Origin: Candidatus Levyibacteriota bacterium | GTDB lineage: Bacteria > Patescibacteriota > Microgenomatia > Levybacterales > UBA12049 | Length of the DNA stretch: 64,000 bases | Assembly: GCA_029260965.1 (NCBI GenBank) | Contig: JAJDCG010000001.1 | Span: forward strand, 184,012 to 248,011 | Direction: 5' to 3' | In this document: positions 19,599 through 28,811 of the stretch, one piece after another | How the letters are laid out: every line of letters starts with the position of its first letter | Numbering within the stretch: the stretch's first letter is position 1 | Notes under the pieces: generated by a model | What the model was told of the DNA's origin: nothing | Databases searched by the model: none | Seen by the model: only the letters and a program-made list of their open reading frames with translations | Translations under genes and position numbers: made by a program

Positions 19599-20144
19599 AT
19601 GAAAAAAAAAGTTTTTGGAAGACAATTTAGAAGAGATGCCAATGAGCGCAAAGCGCTTTTTAAGAACCTTTTGACGTCTCTTGTCATAAATGAGAGGATA
19701 AGAACAACTGAGGCAAAGGCAAAGTCTATCAAAGGAGCTGCTGACAAGCTCATTACAAAAGCCAAAAAAGGTGGTTCGAATGCGTACAGAAATATTCATC
19801 CTGATGTTAATCAAAATGCAGCTGAAAAGCTTATAAAAGAAATTGCACCAAGGTTTGATAAGAGAAGTGGTGGATATACAAGGATTATAAAAATTGCTAA
19901 AAATAGAGTAGCAGATGGTGCGAAAATGGTTTATTTAGAATGGACCGAGAGACCGATTGTTGTAGCGGATTCTAAAAAAGCTGATGCAAAGACAAAAAAG
20001 ACAGTAAAGAAAGTGACAGGTAAAAAAAGCACGAAGACACAGAAGAGCATACCTGTTGCTCCAAAGTTAACGAAGAAAAAGGAGCCCCAAAAAAATCAAG
20101 GAGGCTTCTTGAAACAATTGGTTTCCAGACAGAAGAAAGGATAG
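19599..20144 (+). CDS. rplQ: 50S ribosomal protein L17 with Lys-rich C-terminal extension
   Basis: bL17 core (RTTEAKAKSIKGAADKLITKAKKGG...RSGGYTRIIKI). An alternative start at 19590 (MFIM) is possible. Confidence 0.9.
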   Translation: MKKKVFGRQFRRDANERKALFKNLLTSLVINERIRTTEAKAKSIKGAADKLITKAKKGGSNAYRNIHPDVNQNAAEKLIKEIAPRFDKRSGGYTRIIKIAKNRVADGAKMVYLEWTERPIVVADSKKADAKTKKTVKKVTGKKSTKTQKSIPVAPKLTKKKEPQKNQGGFLKQLVSRQKKG

Positions 20145-20145
20145 T

Positions 20146-20565
20146 ATGATACAAACAAAAGCAACCAGCATAAATGATGTTCAGAGGAAATGGCACCTCG
20201 TGGATGTTAATGATCAGGTTCTCGGCCGAATTGCGACTGTGATTGCACATAAGCTCATGGGCAAGAGTAAACCTTATTTTGTTCGCAATCTTGACTGTGG
20301 GGACTATGTAGTTGTCACAAATGCAGCATTTGTAAAAGTAACAGGCAACAAAGAAGAGCAAAAAAATTATTATCGTCATTCAGGATATCCAGGAGGATTT
20401 AGAAAAGAAACGCTCAAGGAGCTCAGAGCTAGAAAACCAGAGGATATAATAAAGCATGCGGTTAAAGGCATGTTGCCTCAAAATAAGCTACGTGATCGCA
20501 TGATGACAAGACTATTTGTTTTTGCTGGCGTTGAGCATAAATATGGAGATAAATTTAAAAATTAA
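20146..20565 (+). CDS. rplM: 50S ribosomal protein L13
   Basis: 139 aa. uL13-like KWHLVDVNDQVLGRIATVIAHKLMGK. Confidence 0.95.
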   Translation: MIQTKATSINDVQRKWHLVDVNDQVLGRIATVIAHKLMGKSKPYFVRNLDCGDYVVVTNAAFVKVTGNKEEQKNYYRHSGYPGGFRKETLKELRARKPEDIIKHAVKGMLPQNKLRDRMMTRLFVFAGVEHKYGDKFKN

Positions 20566-20567
20566 TT

Positions 20568-21056
20568 ATGGATGAAAATAACGTATCGATAAAAAAATCA
20601 AACAAAGAAAGAGCTCACAAAAAAGAGTATGTTCATTCTGTGGGTAGAAGGAAAGAGGCAGTTGCTCGTGTCAGGCTTTATAAAAGTGTTAAGCCTGATC
20701 TAGTCTGGGGTCAGACTGCTGTTAAAAAAGGAGAGATTCTTGTGAACGAAAATCCGATTGCAGATTATTTCCCTAGCGAAATTGAAAGAATGCGCTATAC
20801 AGAGCCATTGAGAATAACTAATGCTCATCAACAAAATTATGCTATGACCATTCGTGTTACAGGTGGGGGTAGAGCTGCACAACTGGATGCTGTGATAGCA
20901 GGTATTGCAAAGGCTCTGAATGAACTAGACAGAGAAAAACATCGACCAATCCTCAAGAAAAAAGGCTTCCTCACGCGGGATGCTAGAGTCCGTCAGCGAC
21001 GCAATGTCGGAACTGGTGGAAAAGCACGTCGCAAGAAACAATCACCAAAGAGGTAG
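20568..21056 (+). CDS. rpsI: 30S ribosomal protein S9 (with ~30 aa N-terminal extension)
   Basis: uS9 C-terminus: GGGRAAQLDAVIAGIAKAL...TRDARVRQRRNVGTGGKARRKKQSPKR. Confidence 0.94.
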   Translation: MDENNVSIKKSNKERAHKKEYVHSVGRRKEAVARVRLYKSVKPDLVWGQTAVKKGEILVNENPIADYFPSEIERMRYTEPLRITNAHQQNYAMTIRVTGGGRAAQLDAVIAGIAKALNELDREKHRPILKKKGFLTRDARVRQRRNVGTGGKARRKKQSPKR

Positions 21057-21125
21057 ATTTCAGCCTCATAAAAATTTTTTCAGCTTGACAGTACACCCCT
21101 TATAAACTATCGTTTATATAACCAC

Positions 21126-21434
21126 ATGAATGATAATGAGGAATTGATATCAGAAGAATTCGTGCCTAAAGTCTACAAAGTGTTGGCTGAGGCCATGCTT
21201 GCAGCGCTTGAGAATGGTCAAATGCTGGTCGAAGAATCCAAATATTCATCCCAGTTTATTATAGATAAGATGCCAGAGATAAAGACAAAATCCGAATTGA
21301 TTGTTTTTCTGGACGAGCTGAGCAGTAGATGGTCTGCTTATGCTGATGCAGTAAATGTGCTCAAAAATGAGATGATAGATACACAGAAATTACAAGACGT
21401 GGAAGAGAAACTTGATGAGATGAGCAATCAGTAA
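21126..21434 (+). CDS. Hypothetical small acidic alpha-helical protein
   Basis: 102-aa ORF immediately upstream of the 688-aa hypothetical, co-oriented, 4-nt gap. No recognisable motif. Confidence 0.5.
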   Translation: MNDNEELISEEFVPKVYKVLAEAMLAALENGQMLVEESKYSSQFIIDKMPEIKTKSELIVFLDELSSRWSAYADAVNVLKNEMIDTQKLQDVEEKLDEMSNQ

Positions 21435-21438
21435 TATT

Positions 21439-23505
21439 ATGGCAGAAACACGTGATATAGAAATAACACCCACAGATGCTCTGCATTTTGGAGGAGAAGT
21501 AGACCATAGGATACTGGCAGGAGTTCTAAACCCGGAGCGCAAAAAATTGCAAGACTCTCGTGATTGGGCAGCAGAACTTCGTAAGTTGACCGACCAAGCA
21601 GGAGAAAAGACATTTAGGGAGGTCTTAAGAAGAAGTAGAGAACGATATCTTGATCAGACACAAATAGACAACCTCAAACTCATATTTGGTGGAGGATTTG
21701 CCAAGAGAGAAGAAGATGGCTCTATCAGCTTTTCTGATGATGTACCAAGGGAAGCTGAAGCTACACACGCAGAAGCAATCAGGTCAATGGAGATACCTCT
21801 TGCTTATCTGAAGTATGCAGATGTTATCAAGCGTGCAAAAGTTGAGGGTAGGAGGCCTGAAGACCTAGGAGGCTTAGACTGGACAAGTGTAAGAGAAAAG
21901 GCAATTGATGGGATAATCGGCATTGACGGCGTAAGGGATATTTTTCCTGAACTTTCTTATTTTGGTACTGATCGCCAAAAAAGAGACTATATAGAAATAA
22001 CACTTGCAAGAGACCCAGCTTTTGCAGAGAAGGTCAACACAAGTATGACCAGCATTGTAGAAGCGGCAAAAAGTCTTCCGCAGGCTCAAGAAGATCCAGA
22101 AACTGCTACAGCAAAAATTAAAAAAGAGAATGCGGAGCAGCGCTTAAATCAGGCAATGATGCAGGTATTAACTGAGATTAAAGCATTGGGCTTTGATGGA
22201 GTTGATGACGCATTTATGGATGGTCTTAAGAGCAGCATTGAGTCGCGTATTAGAACAGGTGCGAGTACAGAAATTGAGTCTGCGTTGCATATGGTTAGGG
22301 ATAAGTTGCAGCATAGCGATAAAGGTGTTTTGAAAGTTTTGGAAATAGATCAGTTAGATAGTCGTATTAAGAGGCTTACGGATGAGAGGCAAAAAGCTAA
22401 TGAATCAAAAAATACAGACAGAGCCCAAAAGCTTACTCAAGAAATAAATAATTCAGAAAGTGCTAGAGCCAAAATGGTTGATTCTTTTGGTGATGTTGAG
22501 AATATTGAGGCTGCAGAGCAGAAGATGAAAAGAATAGATTCTCTGACATCTGTAAATAAATTACCAACTGGAGAGTTTTCAAGTCAGCTTGCTCATGAGT
22601 TGCTGCAGGTAAGTAATGCGAAAAAAGAGATGGTAGAGGCAGATGAGGTAATTGTCGCGCGAGAATCTGAGGCAGGGGAACGTATGAAGCATCAGGTTGC
22701 AGATAGGCTTATTGCTGAAAGGGCATTGATAGATAGACTTGAGAGCATAATGCCAGATGCACTGAGTGATATTTTGGATGAACGATATGCTGAGATGCTT
22801 GTTAGGGAGAATAAAAGATTGGATATGATAGATAGGGAAAATAAAGAAGAGCTAGATGAGAAGACAGCAGCATATTTAAAATGGGTTGATCATGCTATAA
22901 AGACCAAATGGATAGAGAATGCAACAAGTAGAAAAAAAATCATTCATAAAGATCAAATAGGCAAAGATATTCTTCGGGCAACGTATCATGGAGATGAGGG
23001 TATACAGAGAATGATACTTCGTGATCTGAATTTAGGAATTGATTGGCAGCACATTGACCTTGAAACAGGTCTTACTGACGAACAAAAGCATATATTTAGT
23101 GAAGCTATGAATAGATATAAGCAGTCTTATCAAGAAAAATTGTTCTCAAGTTTTTTTGAGGCTAGGACCAGACGAGATGAAAAGATCATGAAGGAAAGTG
23201 GGAGAGGGGGCAAGCTTTCTCTGAAAGAACACGAATGGCAGCTCTTGCAGAAAAATTTTGGGTCACAGCTTGAATCAGGATTGAATGCATCCAAAGAAGG
23301 CAAGGCTGTTCTTGATGCACTTGCTTCAAGAGGCATTACCAAAGAAAGCTCAAGAGGAGATTGGATAAAATATCTCTTGGCTGCTCTTGGTGGAGGATTG
23401 ATATTAGCATCTGTGGCGCTTCCGGCTGCATTAGGGGTAGGTTCTGCAGTCGCTGGATCCGGTAGTTTAGGTGCTGCTTTTGGGTTAAATAATCGAAAAT
23501 CTTAG
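21439..23505 (+). CDS. Hypothetical large charged/coiled-coil protein with C-terminal Gly/Ala-rich hydrophobic anchor (tail-anchored topology predicted)
   Basis: 688 aa uninterrupted ORF. Highly charged helical sequence. C-terminus LLAALGGGLILASVALPAALGVGSAVAGSGSLGAAFGL. No P-loop or other catalytic motif recognised. Confidence 0.65.
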   Translation: MAETRDIEITPTDALHFGGEVDHRILAGVLNPERKKLQDSRDWAAELRKLTDQAGEKTFREVLRRSRERYLDQTQIDNLKLIFGGGFAKREEDGSISFSDDVPREAEATHAEAIRSMEIPLAYLKYADVIKRAKVEGRRPEDLGGLDWTSVREKAIDGIIGIDGVRDIFPELSYFGTDRQKRDYIEITLARDPAFAEKVNTSMTSIVEAAKSLPQAQEDPETATAKIKKENAEQRLNQAMMQVLTEIKALGFDGVDDAFMDGLKSSIESRIRTGASTEIESALHMVRDKLQHSDKGVLKVLEIDQLDSRIKRLTDERQKANESKNTDRAQKLTQEINNSESARAKMVDSFGDVENIEAAEQKMKRIDSLTSVNKLPTGEFSSQLAHELLQVSNAKKEMVEADEVIVARESEAGERMKHQVADRLIAERALIDRLESIMPDALSDILDERYAEMLVRENKRLDMIDRENKEELDEKTAAYLKWVDHAIKTKWIENATSRKKIIHKDQIGKDILRATYHGDEGIQRMILRDLNLGIDWQHIDLETGLTDEQKHIFSEAMNRYKQSYQEKLFSSFFEARTRRDEKIMKESGRGGKLSLKEHEWQLLQKNFGSQLESGLNASKEGKAVLDALASRGITKESSRGDWIKYLLAALGGGLILASVALPAALGVGSAVAGSGSLGAAFGLNNRKS

Positions 23506-24062
23506 TCAGGGATTGGTTGGGAATTTTCTCCGAAATGATTTATTATATCTTTTAAACCCTCAGGCTTCATTTTTGAGATTTCTATTTCCTCACGATACAT
23601 CATCATGAGTGCTTTTAAGATTTTTTGAGCCTGCATGGCGTCAGTGTAGCTTAGTTTTTCAGTTTTGCATTCTATTGGTTCTCTGATTCCGACGTTTTCG
23701 GTTTTGGGAAGATAAGTGATATAGAGGGTTGCAAGAAATAGCGTTCTTTCCACGATCACATCAGCCAGATCTTTTATATTTATAATTATTTTTTCTTCTG
23801 TTGCTAAAAATTTTCGATGATTGATGAACAGTTTCATTGGATCGATCACAATTAAATCTGGGAAAAAATCAAAGGGAAACATCGTCTGTATTTCTAGAAG
23901 AATTGTGTTTCCATGCCTTTTGATTCCGCCCAGTTTTTCTCTAATTTCCTGTTTTTGTTGTCTTTTGTCACGGTTTTCGTATGTGTAATTGTCATCCAAA
24001 ATGTTGTCTTTTTTATTTTTAAATCCGTTTTGCATAAAACTCCTTTCCATTACCTGTAGCAT
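23502..24062 (-). CDS. Hypothetical protein
   Basis: 186-aa ORF convergent with the 688-aa gene (4-nt overlap). No motif recognised. Confidence 0.45.
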   Translation of the reverse strand: MLQVMERSFMQNGFKNKKDNILDDNYTYENRDKRQQKQEIREKLGGIKRHGNTILLEIQTMFPFDFFPDLIVIDPMKLFINHRKFLATEEKIIINIKDLADVIVERTLFLATLYITYLPKTENVGIREPIECKTEKLSYTDAMQAQKILKALMMMYREEIEISKMKPEGLKDIINHFGENSQPIPD

Positions 24063-24144
24063 ACTAGGTGGATATATGACAGAAGATAAGATCGGGTAAG
24101 AGTTTGATAAGAAAAAACTTACAGGTTTCTTACTGGTCTGGAAA

Positions 24145-24504
24145 GTGATTAACAGTTATAATATATTTATGGTAGATAAAAATAATCTCAAAATAGAAGA
24201 TCTCAAAAAAGGAACAGGGGATGAACTTAAAGATGGAGATCTGGCGGTTGTTCACTATACAGGTTGGTTGATGGATGGTACAAAGTTTGATTCCTCGCAT
24301 GATAGAGATGAAGCGTTTGAAGTGAGAATTGGTGGGGGCTATGTGATTAAAGGCTGGGATATGGGCTTGCCGGGTATGAAGGTGGGAGGCAAGAGGCGGC
24401 TTACAATTCCTCCAGAGTTGGGGTATGGAAGATATGGTGTTGATCCTGATATACCAGGAGACGCAGTCCTCATATTTGAGGTCGAGCTTATTGAGGTTAA
24501 GTAA
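24145..24504 (+). CDS. FKBP-type peptidyl-prolyl cis-trans isomerase
   Basis: 119 aa. FKBP core (VHYTGWLMDGTKFDSS...GWDMGLPGMKVGGKRRLTIPPELGYG...LIFEVELIEV). Confidence 0.9.
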   Translation: MINSYNIFMVDKNNLKIEDLKKGTGDELKDGDLAVVHYTGWLMDGTKFDSSHDRDEAFEVRIGGGYVIKGWDMGLPGMKVGGKRRLTIPPELGYGRYGVDPDIPGDAVLIFEVELIEVK

Positions 24505-25167
24505 TCAAAATAGAGTTTCCTGAGATTCTTCCTCCTCATTATCATCTGGCATTTTTTCAAAAGTCATTTTGTAGTAGACCTTACGTGTTAACTCGACGTC
24601 CTTCATGCAGTATTTGTTGATTTCATCAATTCTACCCTCCTTGTAGTATGGCCAAACCATTGATCCATCCATTTCATCTTTTGATGTTGGAAGTCCCAAG
24701 ACCTTAGCCAGGGTGTCTAGTTTTTGGCTTTTGCCGAAATTCCAAAGATCCCACTCACACATGGTGTCATAGATTGGTAAATTACGGTAACGAGCCATAT
24801 TCAAAAATCGAGGTTTTACTCCATGAATTATTGATCTCTTGTAGATAAAAGGAAGGTCAAATGCCCAGATGTTATGTCCGATAAAACGGTCTACGTCCAT
24901 ACTTATTTCCCAAAATCTTTCAAGCATTTCTTTCTCGGATCCAGAGAAAACCTGCTTACTTATTATTTCTGTATCATTTTCTTTGATAATGCCTATAGAG
25001 CATATACGGCCAAATGTACCCTCAAAGGAGGTCATAGCATGGAGCGCCTTTTCTGATTTTGGAGCCGTTTTTCCATTATCAGATTTTTTTTTCAGGATCT
25101 CGTGGTGTGTTTTCCAGTCTTCTTCACTCGAGGGTATGGTCTCTATGTCAAAAAAAAGTTTTATCAT
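24505..25167 (-). CDS. Stand-alone DEDD-type 3'-5' exonuclease (PolB-exonuclease-like/RNase H fold)
   Basis: FDIETIP (Exo I D-x-E), HNIWAFDLPFI (Exo II), YCMKDVELTRKVY (Exo III Y-x3-D). Confidence 0.7.
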   Translation of the reverse strand: MIKLFFDIETIPSSEEDWKTHHEILKKKSDNGKTAPKSEKALHAMTSFEGTFGRICSIGIIKENDTEIISKQVFSGSEKEMLERFWEISMDVDRFIGHNIWAFDLPFIYKRSIIHGVKPRFLNMARYRNLPIYDTMCEWDLWNFGKSQKLDTLAKVLGLPTSKDEMDGSMVWPYYKEGRIDEINKYCMKDVELTRKVYYKMTFEKMPDDNEEEESQETLF

Positions 25168-25265
25168 TGATTTATATATTATAGCAGATAGATGGTGTGT
25201 TTATGGATAGGCTTGACATGTATTATTTTTGGTGGGACACTGTTAATAGGAAGGAGGTGATACAT

Positions 25266-25475
25266 ATGAAGATGTTACACATGGTTGCATTTGTATTAGT
25301 TGTCGCAGGCGGTTTAAATTGGGGTCTTGTCGGATTTTTCGATTTTAATTTAGTCGAGGCTTTAGTCGGTGGCGCAGCAAATGTGGTATATATGCTTGTC
25401 GGTGTAGCGACAGTTTATGTTACATTTACGCATGGTAAAACATGCACAGTTTGTGCAGGAAAGGCTGATAAGTAG
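25266..25475 (+). CDS. DUF378-family small membrane protein
   Basis: Start reassigned to the ATG at 25266, which follows an aggaggtg RBS. MKMLHMVAFVLVVAGGLNWGLVGFFDFNLVEALVGG matches the DUF378 GLNWGL signature. Confidence 0.7.
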   Translation: MKMLHMVAFVLVVAGGLNWGLVGFFDFNLVEALVGGAANVVYMLVGVATVYVTFTHGKTCTVCAGKADK

Positions 25476-25580
25476 TATTTGAATTTATATTCATCAATAG
25501 CTCCTAAATCGAAAGACGCAGGAGTTATTGGTTTTTAAAAATAAAGAATCATTAGCGGATAGACCGATTCATCGCAAAAG

Positions 25581-26033
25581 GTGTATTATAAGAATATGGG
25601 ATTTTTGCATATCAAAGGAAAAATATTTTTACGCATATCATTAGGAGTTGTATTTTTTTGGTTTGGTGTTCTTAAATTATTTGCATCCGGTACGGATCTT
25701 GCTCTAATCCAGAATTCATTATCATATGAGCTTGCTACATCACAGATTCTCAGTATAATCATTGCATTTCTTGAAATTCTCCTGGGCACGTTATTTTTTT
25801 CAAATAGGTTTGTACGAATTACTGCGATTATTGCCATAGTTTATCTTGCTATTATTTCACTTTTAGTCTTGGCCACTCAAGGATTTGATCCGAGATTTCC
25901 TGTTTTATCTCTCGCAGGTGAGGCGATGATTCGTAATCTGGTGCTTATTGCTGCATTAGTTTCTCTCGCTTTAGACAACAAAGCCGAATCATCACAAGAG
26001 CAAACAAATCGCAAAACTTCTAAAGTGCTGTAG
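25581..26033 (+). CDS. DoxX/DUF417-like small integral membrane protein
   Basis: 150 aa, four hydrophobic helices, ISLGVVFFWFGVLKLF N-terminal helix. Family assignment from motif recall only. Confidence 0.5.
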   Translation: MYYKNMGFLHIKGKIFLRISLGVVFFWFGVLKLFASGTDLALIQNSLSYELATSQILSIIIAFLEILLGTLFFSNRFVRITAIIAIVYLAIISLLVLATQGFDPRFPVLSLAGEAMIRNLVLIAALVSLALDNKAESSQEQTNRKTSKVL

Positions 26034-26103
26034 TCTAGGGCTTTTTTGCCTCTTGCAAAAAAGCAAAAGTTTGTTCTATTATAGAGATAAGGTCGATAAA
26101 ATT

Positions 26104-26724
26104 ATGCCCAAAAAAACACTTGCCCTAATATCAATCCTTGTATTAATAACAGTAATACTTTTTGTAGTTGCTCTTAGATCTGGTCAAACTAAGCCCTCAG
26201 GAGATGAAACAGCAGCAACTCAATCTGAAGAACCTACACCAACTCAAGCAGCAAAATCCGTGCTTACATTGTCACCAAACCCTGTTACTGTATCTCCTGG
26301 TGGGAAGGGAGAGGTAGATGTAGTTATAAATACAGACGAGAATGCTGTAACAGCAGTACAACTTGAAGTTTCTTATGATCCAAGAGTGGTGACAAACGTT
26401 GATGTGGTTCCTGGTCCTCTTTTCTCCAACGCAGTAGTTTTGATCGATAACAATGATGCTCAGACTGGGCGTCTTACATATGCATTTGGTATTACTCCAA
26501 ATAGTCCAACAATTCAAGGAACAGGTACTGTTGCAACGATTACATTTACTGCAACGGGTACACAGGGTCAGCAATCAGAGATTGCTCTTCTTCCAGAGAC
26601 ATTAGTTACGGCCCGTGGAGTAGCAACATCTGTTCTCAAATCAGCAACGGGTGCTCAGGTTATCATAAGCGGTACAGAGAGAGCACCAACAGTCCAGCAG
26701 GGATCCCCATCAGCAGGTTTCTAA
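26104..26724 (+). CDS. Secreted/membrane-anchored protein with cohesin-like beta-sandwich domain
   Basis: Signal-anchor (LALISILVLITVILFVVAL), a Thr/Pro linker, then TLSPNPVTVSPGGKGEVDVVINTDENAVTAVQLEVSYDPRVV, which is a cohesin-like pattern. The track start at 26053 is probably upstream of the true start. Confidence 0.55.
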   Translation: MPKKTLALISILVLITVILFVVALRSGQTKPSGDETAATQSEEPTPTQAAKSVLTLSPNPVTVSPGGKGEVDVVINTDENAVTAVQLEVSYDPRVVTNVDVVPGPLFSNAVVLIDNNDAQTGRLTYAFGITPNSPTIQGTGTVATITFTATGTQGQQSEIALLPETLVTARGVATSVLKSATGAQVIISGTERAPTVQQGSPSAGF

Positions 26725-26782
26725 TAAAATTCCTTTTCCTAAAAACAGAAGATGACCTGAGGTTCAGGTGGGTGGATGAGGA

Positions 26783-27868
26783 TTATTTCTCTTCTTTTTC
26801 ACCTCCGACTACGATTGGTGAGGGACGACCATCTTTGTTTTGTGCCATTATTTTTGCAACAATATCTTTTGATAGCCCTGCGTCTTCCTTGAGTTTTTCC
26901 ATCGTTGCAGCCTTTCCCTGTCCCATCATCTCGTCATTGTATCGGTAAAATGCTCCCGCTTTATCTATAATGCCCATCTCAACAGCAACATCTACTATCC
27001 CTCCCTCTCTGGAAATACCATCCCCAGATACGTCAAATTCTGCCAATCTAAAAGGTGAGGCAATCTTGTTTTTAACTATTTTTACTCTATGTCGTGATCC
27101 AACTACTCTATCTCCGTCTTTGAGCGTTTCAATTTTTCGAATATCCATTCTGACTGATGCATAAAACTTAAGTGCAAGACCACCTGTTGTAGTTTCGGGA
27201 TTGCCAAACATCACACCAATCTTTTGTCTGAGCTGATTGGTAAAAATCACAACCGTTTTGGATTTAGAGATAACACCTGTGAGCTTCCTGAGTGCTTGAG
27301 ACATAAGACGTGCCTGAAGACCCATGACAGAATCACCCATATCCCCCTCGATCTCAGCGCGTGGTACAAGCGCTGCCACGGAGTCGACAACTAACACGTC
27401 GATACCACCTGATCTTATCAAACTTTCTGTTATTTCAAGCGCCTGCTCTCCAGTGTCTGGTTGTGAAATAAGAAGCTCGTCAAGTTTTACTCCTAGTCGT
27501 TCTGCCCAGAGTGGGTCAAGTGCGTGCTCTGCGTCAATAAATGCAGCAACGCCACCATGTTTTTGCGCCTGTGCAATGGTTGATAAACAAACAGTTGTTT
27601 TTCCTGATGCCTCAGGTCCATAGATTTCAATAATTCTACCTCTTGGAAGACCGCCAGCACCAAGCGCCAAATCAAGAGGAAGACAGCCTGTTGATATAAC
27701 TGAGATATCAAATTTCTGACCTGATTCACCAAAACGCATGATAGATCCTTTTCCATATTGTTTTTCAATTTGATCCATTGCCATGCGGATTGATTCGAGC
27801 TTTTGCTTGTTGTCAGTTTGTTCTCGAACTGGAGTAGAAGATTTTGAATTAGCTTGTGTTTTCGCCAT
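26783..27868 (-). CDS. recA: Recombinase RecA
   Basis: 361 aa. Walker [11 protein letters not shown]1/L2 loops, and full-length RecA homology. Confidence 0.97.
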   Translation of the reverse strand: MAKTQANSKSSTPVREQTDNKQKLESIRMAMDQIEKQYGKGSIMRFGESGQKFDISVISTGCLPLDLALGAGGLPRGRIIEIYGPEASGKTTVCLSTIAQAQKHGGVAAFIDAEHALDPLWAERLGVKLDELLISQPDTGEQALEITESLIRSGGIDVLVVDSVAALVPRAEIEGDMGDSVMGLQARLMSQALRKLTGVISKSKTVVIFTNQLRQKIGVMFGNPETTTGGLALKFYASVRMDIRKIETLKDGDRVVGSRHRVKIVKNKIASPFRLAEFDVSGDGISREGGIVDVAVEMGIIDKAGAFYRYNDEMMGQGKAATMEKLKEDAGLSKDIVAKIMAQNKDGRPSPIVVGGEKEEK

Positions 27869-28147
27869 AATTGATTAACATTATAATAACAAGGTTCTAT
27901 GATAAAATACAAGAGGCAATTTTGCTTGAAAACAAAATTAGCTGTTTGCAATTTACTGCTAGCTCTTAGCTTATGTATAAGTTTGAAAAATACCGAGTTT
28001 ACAATAACGCAATGATGTAGACATTACCATACCGCTTAATAAGTGTAGTATAGTGGGTAAAGAGCTTAACGTATTAATTCAATAAATAAATCAAATAGTA
28101 AAAACTAATAAGGCCAATAGCTAAATGCTAAAAGCCAAAAGCTATCT

Positions 28148-28218
28148 CGGGGTGTAGTTTAACGGTAGAATGTGCGGCTGGGGGCCGTATGGCTGGAGTT
28201 CGACTCTCCGCACCCCGA
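28148..28218 (+). tRNA. tRNA-Pro (anticodon GGG), C1:G72 acceptor pair, no encoded CCA
   Basis: Folded by eye. Acceptor cggggtg/caccccg, anticodon stem tgcgg/ccgta with loop ctGGGgg, T-arm tggag-ttcgact-ctccg, discriminator A. The D-arm is weak (G-U pairs). Confidence 0.75.
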
Positions 28219-28224
28219 CAATTT

Positions 28225-28701
28225 ATGGATGATTTTAATAAATATCTGGATAAGGCATTTAAATTTTTATCTTATCGTCCCAGATCTGAGAAAGAACTCA
28301 GAGACCGTCTGAAGCTGAAAAAAGCACCTGTTGATATTATTGAGCGGATTGTCAAAAGCCTTAAAGAACAAAATTTCTTAAATGATCGTGATTTTGCCTG
28401 TTGGTTTATTGAGCAGAGAACTCGCTTTGCTCCGAAGGCCTGGAGGATGATTGAGCTGGAGTTGCGGTCAAAAGGAATAGATAAGGAATTAATCGAAGAA
28501 TTGCGAATTAAGAAGCATGAGTTAAGAGGAAGTGAGGAGATTGACATCGCGATGAAAATTGTTGAGAGAAAAATTGATAAATACAAAAATTTGGATAAGC
28601 AAGAAGTATATATGAGGCTTGGTGGGTACCTTGCAAGACGTGGATTTGACTGGTATACGATCAAAAAAGCGATTGACTCGACTCTGGGAAAAAAGGTATA
28701 A
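28225..28701 (+). CDS. recX: Regulatory protein RecX
   Basis: The track start at 28189 overlaps the tRNA. The ATG at 28225 gives MDDFNKYLDKAFKFLSYRPRSEKELRDRL..., the RecX three-helix-repeat pattern. Confidence 0.8.
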   Translation: MDDFNKYLDKAFKFLSYRPRSEKELRDRLKLKKAPVDIIERIVKSLKEQNFLNDRDFACWFIEQRTRFAPKAWRMIELELRSKGIDKELIEELRIKKHELRGSEEIDIAMKIVERKIDKYKNLDKQEVYMRLGGYLARRGFDWYTIKKAIDSTLGKKV

Positions 28702-28811
28702 TAAAATATAGCAATAGAAGTAAGTGTTTCTATGAAGCAATTTAAATTCACCTTCACTAGATTGATATAAATGAGCGCAGAATTTTGCGCTTGTCTTCTA
28801 TAGCTACTAAA

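Noticed and set aside
24869-25210. Plus-strand ORFs of 113 aa and 60 aa antisense to the exonuclease gene
   Set aside because: They overlap a well-supported minus-strand CDS and carry no motifs.
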